NCBI GenBank assembly: GCA_027491255.1 | Contig: JAIXWM010000120.1 | Span: 2,884-66,883, forward strand | DNA length: 64,000 nt | Reading direction: 5' to 3' | Source: Rubrivivax sp. | Lineage (GTDB): Bacteria > Pseudomonadota > Gammaproteobacteria > Burkholderiales > Burkholderiaceae_C | Shown here: positions 28,514-38,105 of the stretch, one piece after another | Position numbering within the stretch: the first letter of the stretch is position 1 | Layout: each line of letters begins with the position of its first letter | The notes under the pieces: generated by a model | What the model was told of the DNA's origin: nothing | What the model saw: only the letters and a program-made list of their open reading frames with translations | Database searches by the model: none | Program-made: the position numbers and the translations under genes

Positions 28514-30562
28514 TCAGTCTCCGATCCGGCCACTTTCCGGCGCGCCGCGGGCGGTATGGTCGATTCCAGCGATGGCTTCGTGCACGCCATCCCGCTGGTG
28601 TTGAACGGCTGCCGCTGCCGCTGCGCCGCCGGCCTGACCTGCCCGGGCCCAGCGTACCGTCCCCCGGCCGTCCTGCTTGACCTGCAGCAGCGCCCCGTCG
28701 GCGCGGATCAGCAACTCCTGCATCGTCCGCCCGTCCTGCGGGAAGCGCGCCACGCCGGCACTTACCGACACCGCGAAGGTGCCGCGCGGCGTCTGCGCGT
28801 CGAAGTGGAAGAAACCGGGGTCCATGCGCTTGCGCAAGGCCAGGTCGTCGACGTCATCCCCATCGGCATCGCCATCGACGATGGCAACGAACTCGTCACC
28901 CGAGCGCCGGCACAGCAGGGTCCCGGGGGGCAGGCGGGCCTGCAGGTGGGCCGCCAGGGCCTGGATCACCGCGTCGCCCGTGTCGTGGCCATGCGTGTCG
29001 TTGACGGTCTTCAGGTGGTCCATGTCCAGGAACATCACCAGGAAGGGGCGGGCCCCGGCGTCGGCCGCGGCCAGGCGTGCGTGCAGCGTCTGCGTCAGCG
29101 CTCGGAAATTGGGCAGCCCGGTCAGGCTGTCGCGATAGGCCAGGTCGTGCAGCTGCGCCTGTGCTGCTTTCAGGGCGCTGATGTCGGAGATGACCGCGAC
29201 CATGCCGCCCTGCTGGCTGGCGCCGGCCCCGCCCAGGCGCGAGATGGCGACAGTCGAGGGCACGAGGTGTCCGTCCAGGTGCCTGAAGGCGGTCTCGCCG
29301 CGCCACAGGCCGTCGCGCTGCAGGGCCTCGCGGATGCTGCCCGAGATCGTGGGGTTCTCGGCCTCGCGGTACAGCAGGCCGGCGTGCTGGCCGATCAGTT
29401 CCACCCGCGCGTACCCGGTCATGCGTGAGAGCGCGGGATTGACCTCGACGATGCGACCTTCCGCATCGGTCACCATGATCGCCTCGCCCGAGGTCTCGAA
29501 GACGCGGGCCGCTGTTCGCAGCTCGCTCGTGATCTGCTGCTGCACCTCGAGCATCTGGTGCAGCGTGGCGAGGACAGCCGAGATCTCGTCGCCGCGCGGC
29601 TCGGTGTCGGCAGCGACCGGACGTCCGTCGAGGACGTCGCGGCAGGTCTCGACCAGCCGCTCGAGCCGGCGTGTCGTGCCGCTGGCGAACTCGGCCGTCC
29701 AGCGCTGGATCCGGCGCGACAACATCAGGCCGAGCAGGCCGATCAGCGCCGCGACCACGAGGCCGCGCAGCACCGGACCGGCGGGGCTGCGCGCCACACG
29801 CACGTCCAGTGCCAGCGGCAGCGGATGCGGCCCCACCTGCAGGCGTGACTGCGACACCAGCCTGAGCCAGGCTTCGCGCTCGCCGGTCGTGTCGCCGTCG
29901 GCAAGACGCAGGCCGATGCGCAGCCCCGCTGCCAGCGGCAGCTCGGCCACGGCCTGCCGCGGATCGTACTCGGCGACGATGTAGCCCACGGGGGCGGGCG
30001 TCTGCTGCGGCGACTGCACCGGCAGCACCAGGACCACCGCTGCCGGCAGATCTCCGTTGGCGGGATCGGCGCCTGCGTCTGGCGGCAGCGCCAGCATGCC
30101 GTAGGCGCCACGTCCCTCGGCCACCGCGCGGCGGACCGGCTCGCTGTCGATGATGCGCTGCGCGCGCGCTCCCTCGGGCGCCAGGAAGCGGCGCCCGCGG
30201 TAGTCGAGCACGAGTACGCGGCTGCCGCTGCCCGCATTCACGCGCGCCAGCAGCGGTGCGAGGTAGGCCTCGCGGCCGAAGCTGTCGGTCAGGCCGGTCC
30301 ACAGCAGCGAGGACGTGGCCAGCGAGCCGAGCTGGCGTGTCACGCCCTGCAGGTCTGCCGTGAGGCGCGTCACGACGAGCTCGCGGTCCTGCGACAAGCG
30401 GGTCACCGCGTCATAGTGGCTGATGCCGATGGCCAGCAGGCCCAGCAGGGCCAAGGACAGGCCCACGTACAGGCGCACGATACCGGCCAGCGCGGACTCG
30501 ATCGTCTCGCGAAGCGAGGCGCCGCTGAGAGCGGCGCCCCCCGGGCCCACAGCCTGGCCCAT
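28514..30562 (-). CDS. Membrane-bound PAS-GGDEF diguanylate cyclase
   Basis: Two TM segments flanking a periplasmic region, HAMP-like linker, PAS (EAIMVTDAEGRIVEVNPA), DSLTGLPN, DMDHLKTVNDTHGH, RSGDEF. Confidence 0.9.
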   Translation of the reverse strand: MGQAVGPGGAALSGASLRETIESALAGIVRLYVGLSLALLGLLAIGISHYDAVTRLSQDRELVVTRLTADLQGVTRQLGSLATSSLLWTGLTDSFGREAYLAPLLARVNAGSGSRVLVLDYRGRRFLAPEGARAQRIIDSEPVRRAVAEGRGAYGMLALPPDAGADPANGDLPAAVVLVLPVQSPQQTPAPVGYIVAEYDPRQAVAELPLAAGLRIGLRLADGDTTGEREAWLRLVSQSRLQVGPHPLPLALDVRVARSPAGPVLRGLVVAALIGLLGLMLSRRIQRWTAEFASGTTRRLERLVETCRDVLDGRPVAADTEPRGDEISAVLATLHQMLEVQQQITSELRTAARVFETSGEAIMVTDAEGRIVEVNPALSRMTGYARVELIGQHAGLLYREAENPTISGSIREALQRDGLWRGETAFRHLDGHLVPSTVAISRLGGAGASQQGGMVAVISDISALKAAQAQLHDLAYRDSLTGLPNFRALTQTLHARLAAADAGARPFLVMFLDMDHLKTVNDTHGHDTGDAVIQALAAHLQARLPPGTLLCRRSGDEFVAIVDGDADGDDVDDLALRKRMDPGFFHFDAQTPRGTFAVSVSAGVARFPQDGRTMQELLIRADGALLQVKQDGRGTVRWARAGQAGGAAAAAAVQHQRDGVHEAIAGIDHTARGAPESGRIGD

Positions 30563-31776
30563 CAGCGCAGCGGCACCAGGGCGCCCGTGCGCTCGACGCG
30601 CACGAACAGCACCTGCTGCGGGCCCAGCGCGTCGTGCCGCTCGGGCGTGAAGGCGGGCGCGTAACGGCGCACCGCGCCGTCGAAGGGCGCCAGCCGCTCG
30701 AGCGCCTGCCGCACGGCCTCGCCGCGCGTGCTGCGCGCCTGGTCCACGGCGCGTGCCACGAGGTGCGTCATGTCGTAGCCATGGGCCGAACCGACCGGAC
30801 TGGCGATGTCCTTCGGGCTCGCGTGGCCGCCCTCCCGCAGCAGCCACTGGGCGAGCTGGCGCGCGCGCGGTCGCTCGTTGCCGACGAAGGTGAAGGTCTG
30901 GATGACCTGGAGATCCACCTTTTCGAGCGCCTCGCCGGCGAGCTCGTGGATCACGCCGCCCGTCACCCCCCAGTGCGAGACCACCGGCAGGCGTTCGGCG
31001 GCCGGGCGCTGCGCGATCTCCTTCAGGATCAGGGCCGCCTCGACCTCGTTGGCCACGAGCACCATGGCCTGCGCAGCCGCGGCGTAGCAGGCGTCGACGA
31101 CCTCGGCGAAGGCCTTTTCGCCCCAGTTGTACCAGCGCGTGGCCACGACGCTCAGCCCGAGGGGGGCGGCGCGCGCGTTGATCACCGCGTGACCGGAACG
31201 GCCCCAGGCCGTGTTGGGCAGCACAACGCACAGCCGCTGCGCCTTGTGGGCCTGCCGGGTGCGCTGCAGCAGGGCGTCGACACCCCAGCTGTCCTTCAAC
31301 GACAGCCGGAACGTGTAGGAAGGCCGCAGCCCGTGCTCGGTGATCTGGTCCGCCGAGCCCCAGACGCTCACCAGCGGCACCTGCGCCTTCTGCGCCGCCG
31401 GCACGGTCTCGACGATGACCGGGCTGAACTTGCCGCCGAAGACGGCGACGACGTCCGGCCGCGCCGCGTGCTCGAGGTAGTTGTCGCGCGCGCGCGCCGA
31501 AACGCCCTGGTTGTCCGAAGTCAGCAGCCGCAGCGGGCGGCCTGCGAGCACGCCGCCGCGGGCGTTGATCTCCTCCATGGCGGCGCGGATGCCGCGCTCG
31601 ATGGCCAGCGGTGCCGTGTTCGTGCGAATGCTGTAGGCGTCATCGAAGGCGATGTACACCGGGTCGCCCGTGGGGGCTGCCGATGCGCTGTGCCACGCCG
31701 CGGGCAGCACGCCGGCCGCCCAGACCCCGACCCATGGGGCGATGCGCCGCAGCCAGACACGCGCTTTGTGGCCCAT
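30562..31776 (-). CDS. Periplasmic binding protein, LivJ/branched-chain amino acid type
   Basis: IERGIRAAMEEINARGGVLAGRPLRL, VFGGKFSP, YTFRLS, AHGYD; its stop overlaps the cyclase ATG. Confidence 0.88.
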   Translation of the reverse strand: MGHKARVWLRRIAPWVGVWAAGVLPAAWHSASAAPTGDPVYIAFDDAYSIRTNTAPLAIERGIRAAMEEINARGGVLAGRPLRLLTSDNQGVSARARDNYLEHAARPDVVAVFGGKFSPVIVETVPAAQKAQVPLVSVWGSADQITEHGLRPSYTFRLSLKDSWGVDALLQRTRQAHKAQRLCVVLPNTAWGRSGHAVINARAAPLGLSVVATRWYNWGEKAFAEVVDACYAAAAQAMVLVANEVEAALILKEIAQRPAAERLPVVSHWGVTGGVIHELAGEALEKVDLQVIQTFTFVGNERPRARQLAQWLLREGGHASPKDIASPVGSAHGYDMTHLVARAVDQARSTRGEAVRQALERLAPFDGAVRRYAPAFTPERHDALGPQQVLFVRVERTGALVPLR

Positions 31777-31922
31777 CCCGCCCTCCTCTGCCTGCTGGTG
31801 ACGTTTCTATGAACCGGGTATGTTAAGTTGACTTCAGGGTCAGTCCCGACAAGCTCCAGTGGCCCGGTCGGGTCTGTCGGATGCCTCGTGGGGGGCGGGC
31901 CGCTGAGCCGCGGCGTCGCGGT

Positions 31923-32987
31923 TCAGCGGGGCCCGGGCAGCGGCGTCGTGCGGCGCAGGCGACCGACTTCGACGCCGCGCCAGTTCAGCAGCGGCGCGTC
32001 CGTCAGGGCATCGAGGAAGGTGGCGTCGGTGTCGGCCAGCGGCAGCAGGGCCCGCAGCATCGCCGCCAGCGCGACCTCGCTGGCGCGGCCGTTGTTGCCG
32101 TCGTCCATCTTGACCGCGATACCCAGGCCGAGCTCGGGCAGCGCGGCGCAGTGCACGCCCTCCGCCCCTGCCTTGCAGAACACGCGCGCGCCCAGGCGCT
32201 CCATCACGCGCACGTCGAAGCGGCCGCTGGCGCCCACCATCTGCGGCGCGCGGGCGACCGCCTGACGAAGCCGCTGTGCCGCTCGGGCGTGCCCCGGCCG
32301 CAGCCCGACGCCGGTGGCCACGCGTGCGAAGGCGTGCGCCAGGTGGCGCAGCGGGATCGCGTAGGTGGGGATCGAGCAGCCGTCGGTGCCGCGCGCGGTG
32401 CGGTCGAGATCCCAGCCGGTGGCCGCCTGCTGCGCCGCGGCGACCTCCTGCATCACCGGATGGTCCGCCTGCACATAGCCGCGCAGGAAGGCGCGCGCGT
32501 CGCCGGCGCGCTCGGTCTGGGCTGCCATCATGCAGCCCAGGCAGACGAAGCCGGCGTGCTTGCCCGAGCAGTTGTTGTGCAGTGGCCCGGGTTCGCGGCC
32601 GGCGGCAGCCAGGCTTCTTTGTGCGCCCTCGTGGTAAGGCCAGTGCGCGCCGCACTCCAGCGCCGCGTCGTCCAGCCCGGCCTTGGCCAGCATCGAGGCC
32701 GCCGCCGCAACGTGCGGCGCTTCTCCGCCGTGGGAGGCGCAGGCCAGCGCCAGTTCCTCGTCGCTCAGGCCGTAGCGCTCGGCCGCGCCGGACTCCACCA
32801 GCGGCAGCGCCTGCAGCACCTTGACGGCGGAGCGCGGAAAGACCGGACGCTCGATGTCGCCGAAGGCGGTGTGCACGGCGCCGTCGGCGTCGACGACGGC
32901 GACCGCGCCGCGGTGGAAGGACTCGACGATGCCGCCGCGCGTGACTTCGACAAGCACCGGATCGTGGGGCAGGGGGGGCGTGTTCAT
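31923..32987 (-). CDS. L-asparaginase II (class 3, Rhizobium-type)
   Basis: VTRGGIVESFHRG, FPRSAVKVLQA, CASHGGE, HNNCSGKHAG, DGCSIP, KAGAEGV. Confidence 0.9.
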   Translation of the reverse strand: MNTPPLPHDPVLVEVTRGGIVESFHRGAVAVVDADGAVHTAFGDIERPVFPRSAVKVLQALPLVESGAAERYGLSDEELALACASHGGEAPHVAAAASMLAKAGLDDAALECGAHWPYHEGAQRSLAAAGREPGPLHNNCSGKHAGFVCLGCMMAAQTERAGDARAFLRGYVQADHPVMQEVAAAQQAATGWDLDRTARGTDGCSIPTYAIPLRHLAHAFARVATGVGLRPGHARAAQRLRQAVARAPQMVGASGRFDVRVMERLGARVFCKAGAEGVHCAALPELGLGIAVKMDDGNNGRASEVALAAMLRALLPLADTDATFLDALTDAPLLNWRGVEVGRLRRTTPLPGPR

Positions 32988-33016
32988 GCGCCCACTGTAG
33001 CCAGAACCTCCACTGC

Positions 33017-33802
33017 TCAGGGCCCCGGCCACATGCCCAGCCCGGGCAGGCGCAGACGCGCATCCTGCACGTCGACCCCCAAGCCCAGGCCGAGCAGTTG
33101 CAGTTCCACGCCCTCGTTGCGCGCCAGCGTGACGCCGGCCAGGCCCCAGAGCGACACCTGCCAGCCCGTGCCGCTGGGGGCGCGGGCGAAGAAGGTCGAC
33201 GGCCCGAGCCAGTCCTTGCCGATGGCATGCGCGGGCAGGTCGAGGCCGAGTTCGGGCACCTCTCGTGCGACCCAGGCGACAAAGGTGTTGCTGTTCGGTC
33301 CCGGCCAGGCGCGGTAGGTGCGGGGCCACGGGTAGCGCTGGACGGCGGCCTCGATGCGCTCGACCAGCGCCTGTGCCTGCGGGCCGCGGTGCTCGACCAG
33401 CAACTGCGGCGTCGCGCCGTACCAGTGCCTGTCGGGCACCGCGCCCGCGGTGGTGACGAGCGCGTCGCCGCCGCGCATCGCGCGCCAGCCGATGACCTGG
33501 TAGGTGGTGTAGCTGTCGGCGCCAGCGCGCTTGACGGCGATCCAGGGGTGGATGGCGAAGGCGCCGCGCCAACGCACGGCGCGCGCGCCGTACACCTGGA
33601 CGACCGCCTCGCGCATGGCTGCAGGGTCGGGCGCCTGGCCCGTGCTCCGGCTGGGCGTGGCGTACCAGGGGGTGTCGAGGTCGACCGTGCCCGAAGCGAG
33701 CACGCCCAAGGGCCCGAGCAGCAGCAGGCCGATGAGCGCGGCCAGGCCCAGCAGGGCGCGCGGCCAGCGCCGGCGTCGACGGCCGGCAGCGGCGGCGCTC
33801 AT
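33017..33802 (-). CDS. DUF3750-like protein
   Basis: AVVQVYGAR-x2-RWRGAFAIHPWI, WYG, YRAWPGPNSNTFVA, LPAHAIGKD. Confidence 0.8.
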   Translation of the reverse strand: MSAAAAGRRRRRWPRALLGLAALIGLLLLGPLGVLASGTVDLDTPWYATPSRSTGQAPDPAAMREAVVQVYGARAVRWRGAFAIHPWIAVKRAGADSYTTYQVIGWRAMRGGDALVTTAGAVPDRHWYGATPQLLVEHRGPQAQALVERIEAAVQRYPWPRTYRAWPGPNSNTFVAWVAREVPELGLDLPAHAIGKDWLGPSTFFARAPSGTGWQVSLWGLAGVTLARNEGVELQLLGLGLGVDVQDARLRLPGLGMWPGP

Positions 33803-34368
33803 CGCGCCGCGAGCGCTTTCTCGACCGCCGCCTTCAGCGTCGCGCTCGTCGGGCCGGTCGTGCTGCCGAAGTGCGCGAGCGGCGTGCCGTCGCGGCCCAC
33901 CAGGTACTTGTTGAAGTTCCACGACGGCGCGTTGCCGGTGGCGCGCGCCAGCGCCGCGAACAGGGGATGCGCTTCGGCGCCGCGCACGCGCACGGTGCTG
34001 AACATCGGGAATTTCACGCCGTAGGTGTCGAAGCACACCGCGGCGGTCTTGCGCGCATCCGCGTCTTCCTGGCGGAAGTCGTTCGAAGGGAAGCCGAGCA
34101 CGACCAGCCCGCGCGCGCCGTAGGCTGCATTCAGCGCCTCCAGGCCTTCGAACTGCGGTGTGAAGCCGCAGTAGCTGGCGGTGTTGACGACGAGCAGCAC
34201 CTTGCCCGCGTACTGGCACAGTGACTGCGGCTTCTCGTCCTGCAGCCGCGGCAGGGTGTGGTTGAGCAGGGCCGGGCAGCGCGTGGAGGCCGACGCAGCG
34301 CGCGCGGGGAGCGCCGGTGCAGGCAAGGCCAACAGCAGCAGGATGTCGCGGCGGGTCAGGGTCTTCAT
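33799..34368 (-). CDS. Glutathione peroxidase family protein with Tat-like leader
   Basis: MKTLTRRDILL leader; VVNTASYCGFTPQFEGL, LGFPSNDF, WNFNKYLV. Confidence 0.92.
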   Translation of the reverse strand: MKTLTRRDILLLLALPAPALPARAASASTRCPALLNHTLPRLQDEKPQSLCQYAGKVLLVVNTASYCGFTPQFEGLEALNAAYGARGLVVLGFPSNDFRQEDADARKTAAVCFDTYGVKFPMFSTVRVRGAEAHPLFAALARATGNAPSWNFNKYLVGRDGTPLAHFGSTTGPTSATLKAAVEKALAAR

Positions 34369-34480
34369 CGTGGGCTCCGTCGAACCATCGTCAAGGGATG
34401 CATCTTCCCGCCTGCGGGCAGCCCCTTGCTGGTGCTGCGTCATTCATGGCCGCCTCGCTGGCGCGGTGCGGACGGAAAGG

Positions 34481-35407
34481 TCAGTCGAGCTCCACCACCT
34501 CGTCCCCGTCTTCGGGCACGCAGCCCTCGGGCAGCGGGGCCCAGCCGCGCCGCAGCACGATGCGGCGGCCCACGTGGCACAGCTCCACACGCGTGGCAGC
34601 GGGGTCGCGCGCGCGCACGAATTCCTCCAGCGCCGCGGGCATGCTGACCTCGAAGACGCCGGCGCGCCTTGCCTCCTCGGGGTGGTCGTCCACCTGCACC
34701 CAGGGCACGAAGGGGGCGGCGAACACGAGCGCCTGCGGGCGCACGGTCATCGGGCTCGGGCGGTAGGCGGCCCGGCCCAGCCACGCCTGCGCGCGCTCGC
34801 GCAAGTTTTCCGGCCCCTGCAGGCCACCCCAGGCGGCTGCCATCAGCTCGGCCACCCACTGGTTGCAGTTCTGGTAGCGCGTCGACCAGGGGTAGGCGTT
34901 GGCGCTGTAGCGCGCCCCGAGCAGTGCCAGCGCCAGGCCGTCGTCCAGCGCGGCTGCGGCCAGCGGCCGGGCCGTCTGCTGCGGCAGCAGCACCAGCGAC
35001 ACAAAGCCTGCGCCCGGCGCCTGTTGCGCGAGCACGAAACCCGCGATGCCCTGGTCGAACAGGCGCGAGCGCTTCTCGTCGCAGTCGAAGAAGAGCTGCC
35101 GCACCGACCAAGGCGCCGCCGGGCCGGCTGCCAGACTGATGCCGGCGTGCGAATAGCGCGCGCCGAAGCGCTTCAAGTCCAGCCCGGAGCGGGCGATGAG
35201 CGCGGCACCCGTCCCCGCGCGCTGCAACTCCTGGCGCACCAGCGCGGCCATGCGCAGCAGCGTGTCATGGCGCGCCGCGTCCGCTTCGGGCTGCGGGTCG
35301 CAGTAGCGCAGCACCCCGGCCGTCCCCGGCATCGCGGCGCAGGCCAGCGCCAGCGCCAGCCAGGCCCTGCGCAGGCGACCCGCCCCGCGCCCGTGCGGTG
35401 CTCTCAC
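34481..35407 (-). CDS. DUF2145-like exported protein
   Basis: GTGA overlap with upstream stop; ARSGLDL-x2-FG-x-RYSHAG, WSVRQL, YSANAYPWSTRYQNCNQW. Confidence 0.78.
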   Translation of the reverse strand: MRAPHGRGAGRLRRAWLALALACAAMPGTAGVLRYCDPQPEADAARHDTLLRMAALVRQELQRAGTGAALIARSGLDLKRFGARYSHAGISLAAGPAAPWSVRQLFFDCDEKRSRLFDQGIAGFVLAQQAPGAGFVSLVLLPQQTARPLAAAALDDGLALALLGARYSANAYPWSTRYQNCNQWVAELMAAAWGGLQGPENLRERAQAWLGRAAYRPSPMTVRPQALVFAAPFVPWVQVDDHPEEARRAGVFEVSMPAALEEFVRARDPAATRVELCHVGRRIVLRRGWAPLPEGCVPEDGDEVVELD

Positions 35408-35877
35408 ACGCCGCCTGGGACACCCACCGGGCGTGCCGGGATTTCGCGCTGCCAGTCCTCGGCCAGGACGAGGAAGAAGGGTTTCGGCTGGTCGGCGCGG
35501 GCGAAGGCGATGCCATAGGGCTGGTGTGCCGCGCGGACCAGCCGACCGCTCGCCAGGCCCTCGCGTTCGGCCACGGCACGCGGCAGCCGCAGGTGCCAAG
35601 CGGCCTCGGCGCGGTCGTCGGCCGACGCCTGCAGCGTCAGGCGCAGCTGTCCCGGCCGCTCGGCGTCCTCGGCCATCTCGGTGATCCGGTACTCGCCCTG
35701 CGCCATCTTGCGCGGCCCTGCCGAACTTTGGCCGGAGGAGCGCAGCGAGTCGGACGCGCTGCCCAGTGACGCCGATCCCGCGCTCGAGGCCGACGAGGCC
35801 GTCGACGACGCCAGGTCGAGCGCGAAGGCGGGGACCGCGGCAACGCCGGTGGCGAGCAGAAAGGCCAGGTGCTTCAT
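35404..35877 (-). CDS. Exported hypothetical protein
   Basis: Signal peptide MKHLAFLLATGVAAVPAFA, Ser-rich tract, PYGIAF, FFLVLAEDW; first gene of an overlapping run. Confidence 0.75.
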   Translation of the reverse strand: MKHLAFLLATGVAAVPAFALDLASSTASSASSAGSASLGSASDSLRSSGQSSAGPRKMAQGEYRITEMAEDAERPGQLRLTLQASADDRAEAAWHLRLPRAVAEREGLASGRLVRAAHQPYGIAFARADQPKPFFLVLAEDWQREIPARPVGVPGGV

Positions 35878-36241
35878 CGGTCGCTCACTTAAGAGGTGGG
35901 GCTGTCGGGGCGGCGCGATTTGACGCGGCGGGATCTCGCAAGAAATCGCCGGGCCTTTGCATGTCTTCTCGACGACGGAAGGATACCCGCAGCGGGCCGG
36001 GGGCTGGCGGCTTTCTTGCCGGGTGCTCCGCTTCCGAAGCCGCCTCGTCCCGCGCTCCGCTGGGCACGGCGGCGTCCCGGGGGGCAGGGCGTCGGGTGGA
36101 AGGCCCGCCATCCCCGCCGGCGTCTGGGCCGCAGCGCGCTCGCGTGGTCCGATTCGGTCTCGCGGGCGGCGGTCGAGCACGCCTGCACCCGTCTGTGTCC
36201 CGGCGCGCCGCCGCGGCCACGGGCGAGGCGATGCGCCGACA

Positions 36242-37075
36242 ATGCCGAGGATGGAGACCCTGCCCGCCTCGCGCCTGATCGGCGTCGATTTCACCGTCGC
36301 GCCGTCGCGGCGCAAACCGGTGACGGTGGCGCGCGGGCGCATGCTCGGTGGCGTGCTCCGCCTGGACGGCGTGGATGCCCTGCACGACCTGGCCGCATTC
36401 GAGACCGTGGTCGCCGAGCCCGGACCCTGGGTCGGCGCCTTCGACTTCCCCTTCGGCCTGCCCCGCGTCTTCGTCGACGACCAGGGCCTGGGTTCCGACG
36501 CCGATGCCGTGATCGCCGCGCTGCGCCAGCGCTGCCCCGATCGCATGGCCTGGCGTGCGCTCGTCGATGCCTGGGGCAACGGCCGGCCGGCCGGGCAGCG
36601 CCTGCCGCACCGCCGCGTCGACCGGTCGATGGCCGGCGTCACGTCGACCAGCCCGCTGCAGACGCGCTACGTCCCCGTGGGCTTCATGTACTTCGAGGGT
36701 TGGGCGCGGCTGGTGGCCGCCGGCGTCAGCGCGCCCGGCTTGCGCCGTGGTGACCCTTCCCGGGTGGCGCTCGAGGGCTACCCGGGGCTGCTCGCGCACG
36801 AGCTCGTCGGGGCGCGCTCGTACAAGAACCACGACGGCCCGGACCGCCTCATCGCGCGCAAGGACATCGTCGACGCCCTGGAGCAGGGCCGCACACGGCT
36901 CGGGCTGCGCCTGAAGCTCACGCACGCGCAGCGCGAAGCCCTGGTCGACGACGCCACGGGCGACCGGCTCGACGCCGTGCTCTGCCTTGCGCAGGCCGCC
37001 TGGGCCGCGGCACGGCCGGGTCACGGGATGCCGGCGGATGTGGACCCCGTCGAGGGATGGATCGTCACGGCTTGA
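36242..37075 (+). CDS. DUF429-like protein (predicted RNase H-like fold)
   Basis: LIGVDFTVAPSRRKP, GAFDFPFGLP, ALEGYPG, DRLDAVLC; alternative start at 36251. Confidence 0.78.
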   Translation: MPRMETLPASRLIGVDFTVAPSRRKPVTVARGRMLGGVLRLDGVDALHDLAAFETVVAEPGPWVGAFDFPFGLPRVFVDDQGLGSDADAVIAALRQRCPDRMAWRALVDAWGNGRPAGQRLPHRRVDRSMAGVTSTSPLQTRYVPVGFMYFEGWARLVAAGVSAPGLRRGDPSRVALEGYPGLLAHELVGARSYKNHDGPDRLIARKDIVDALEQGRTRLGLRLKLTHAQREALVDDATGDRLDAVLCLAQAAWAAARPGHGMPADVDPVEGWIVTA

Positions 37076-37203
37076 AGGACGTCGGCTCCCGGCTTGCCGG
37101 TCTGCGGTGCGCGTCGAAGGGCTTCAGGCCCGCGAGTCTGCAATCCCAGGCGGCTGGCCGTCTTGGCGTGCCAGGCGGGCACGCAGGAGGGGCTCTCAGC
37201 CTC

Positions 37204-37896
37204 TCAGGCCGGCTCCATCCCGTGCCGCCGCTTGGCCCCGGCCATGGCCTCGCAGGCCATGAAGTCGAGCCAGGCGCGGGCCGCCCCCGGCTGCGCTGCG
37301 GCCGCGCAGACGGCGCCCGAGAAGACGGTCAGGATCTGCACCTCGCCGGGCAGCGGACCGACGACGTCGATGCCGGGCAGGTTCATCAGCTCGCTGAGCT
37401 GCTGGAAGCCGAGCGCGACGCGCCCGTCGGCCACCATCGTGCCCACCGGCACGCCGGGCGGTGCCTGCACGGTGCGCGCCTGCAGCGTCTGCGCGACGCC
37501 CCAGCGCTCGAAGGTCCGCAGCAGGTGGGTGCCGCTCGGGCCGGTCGAATAGCCTATCGTCGGCGCGGCCAGCACCGCCGCCTTCAGCGTCTCCTCGGTG
37601 CCGATGTCTGGCCGTGCCGTGCCGGCGCGCACCGCCACGGACACGCCCGATCGCGCCAGATCGGTGCGGCTGCCGGCCGTTGCGCGGCCGCTGCGCAGCA
37701 GTTCGTAGATCGCACCCGACGCGAGCACGACGGCGTCGAAGGCCTCGCCTGCCTGCACCCGCCGCGCTGCGTCGACGCCACCGACGGCTTCCAGAGTCAC
37801 CTGCACCCCGTGGGCTTGGCCGAAGGCTGCTGCGCCCTCGGCCAGAAGCAGCCGCGTGGCCATGGAGGAGATGACGCGCACCGTCGTTTCCGACAT
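37204..37896 (-). CDS. ModA-like substrate-binding-domain protein without signal peptide
   Basis: GGVDAARRVQAGEAFD, DLARSGVSVAV, YSTGPSG, GFQQLSEL; begins directly with the mature-type VRVISSMAT. Confidence 0.8.
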   Translation of the reverse strand: MSETTVRVISSMATRLLLAEGAAAFGQAHGVQVTLEAVGGVDAARRVQAGEAFDAVVLASGAIYELLRSGRATAGSRTDLARSGVSVAVRAGTARPDIGTEETLKAAVLAAPTIGYSTGPSGTHLLRTFERWGVAQTLQARTVQAPPGVPVGTMVADGRVALGFQQLSELMNLPGIDVVGPLPGEVQILTVFSGAVCAAAAQPGAARAWLDFMACEAMAGAKRRHGMEPA

Positions 37897-38105
37897 CGTG
37901 GAGTTCCTTGCGTTTCGTGGGTCCGGGCGGGGCGCCGCCGCTGCGCGCCCCTCATGCTGCGGCCGGGGTCGTCGTCGCGACGGCGCTGTGCGCTGTGCGC
38001 TGTGAATTGTGCGGTCTGGCGTGCGGCGCACGACAATGTCATGTTGCGTGCGTTGCGGTGGGATGCTGGAACCCTTGTGCGCGCGCCCGCCTTCAAGGAC
38101 TTTTC

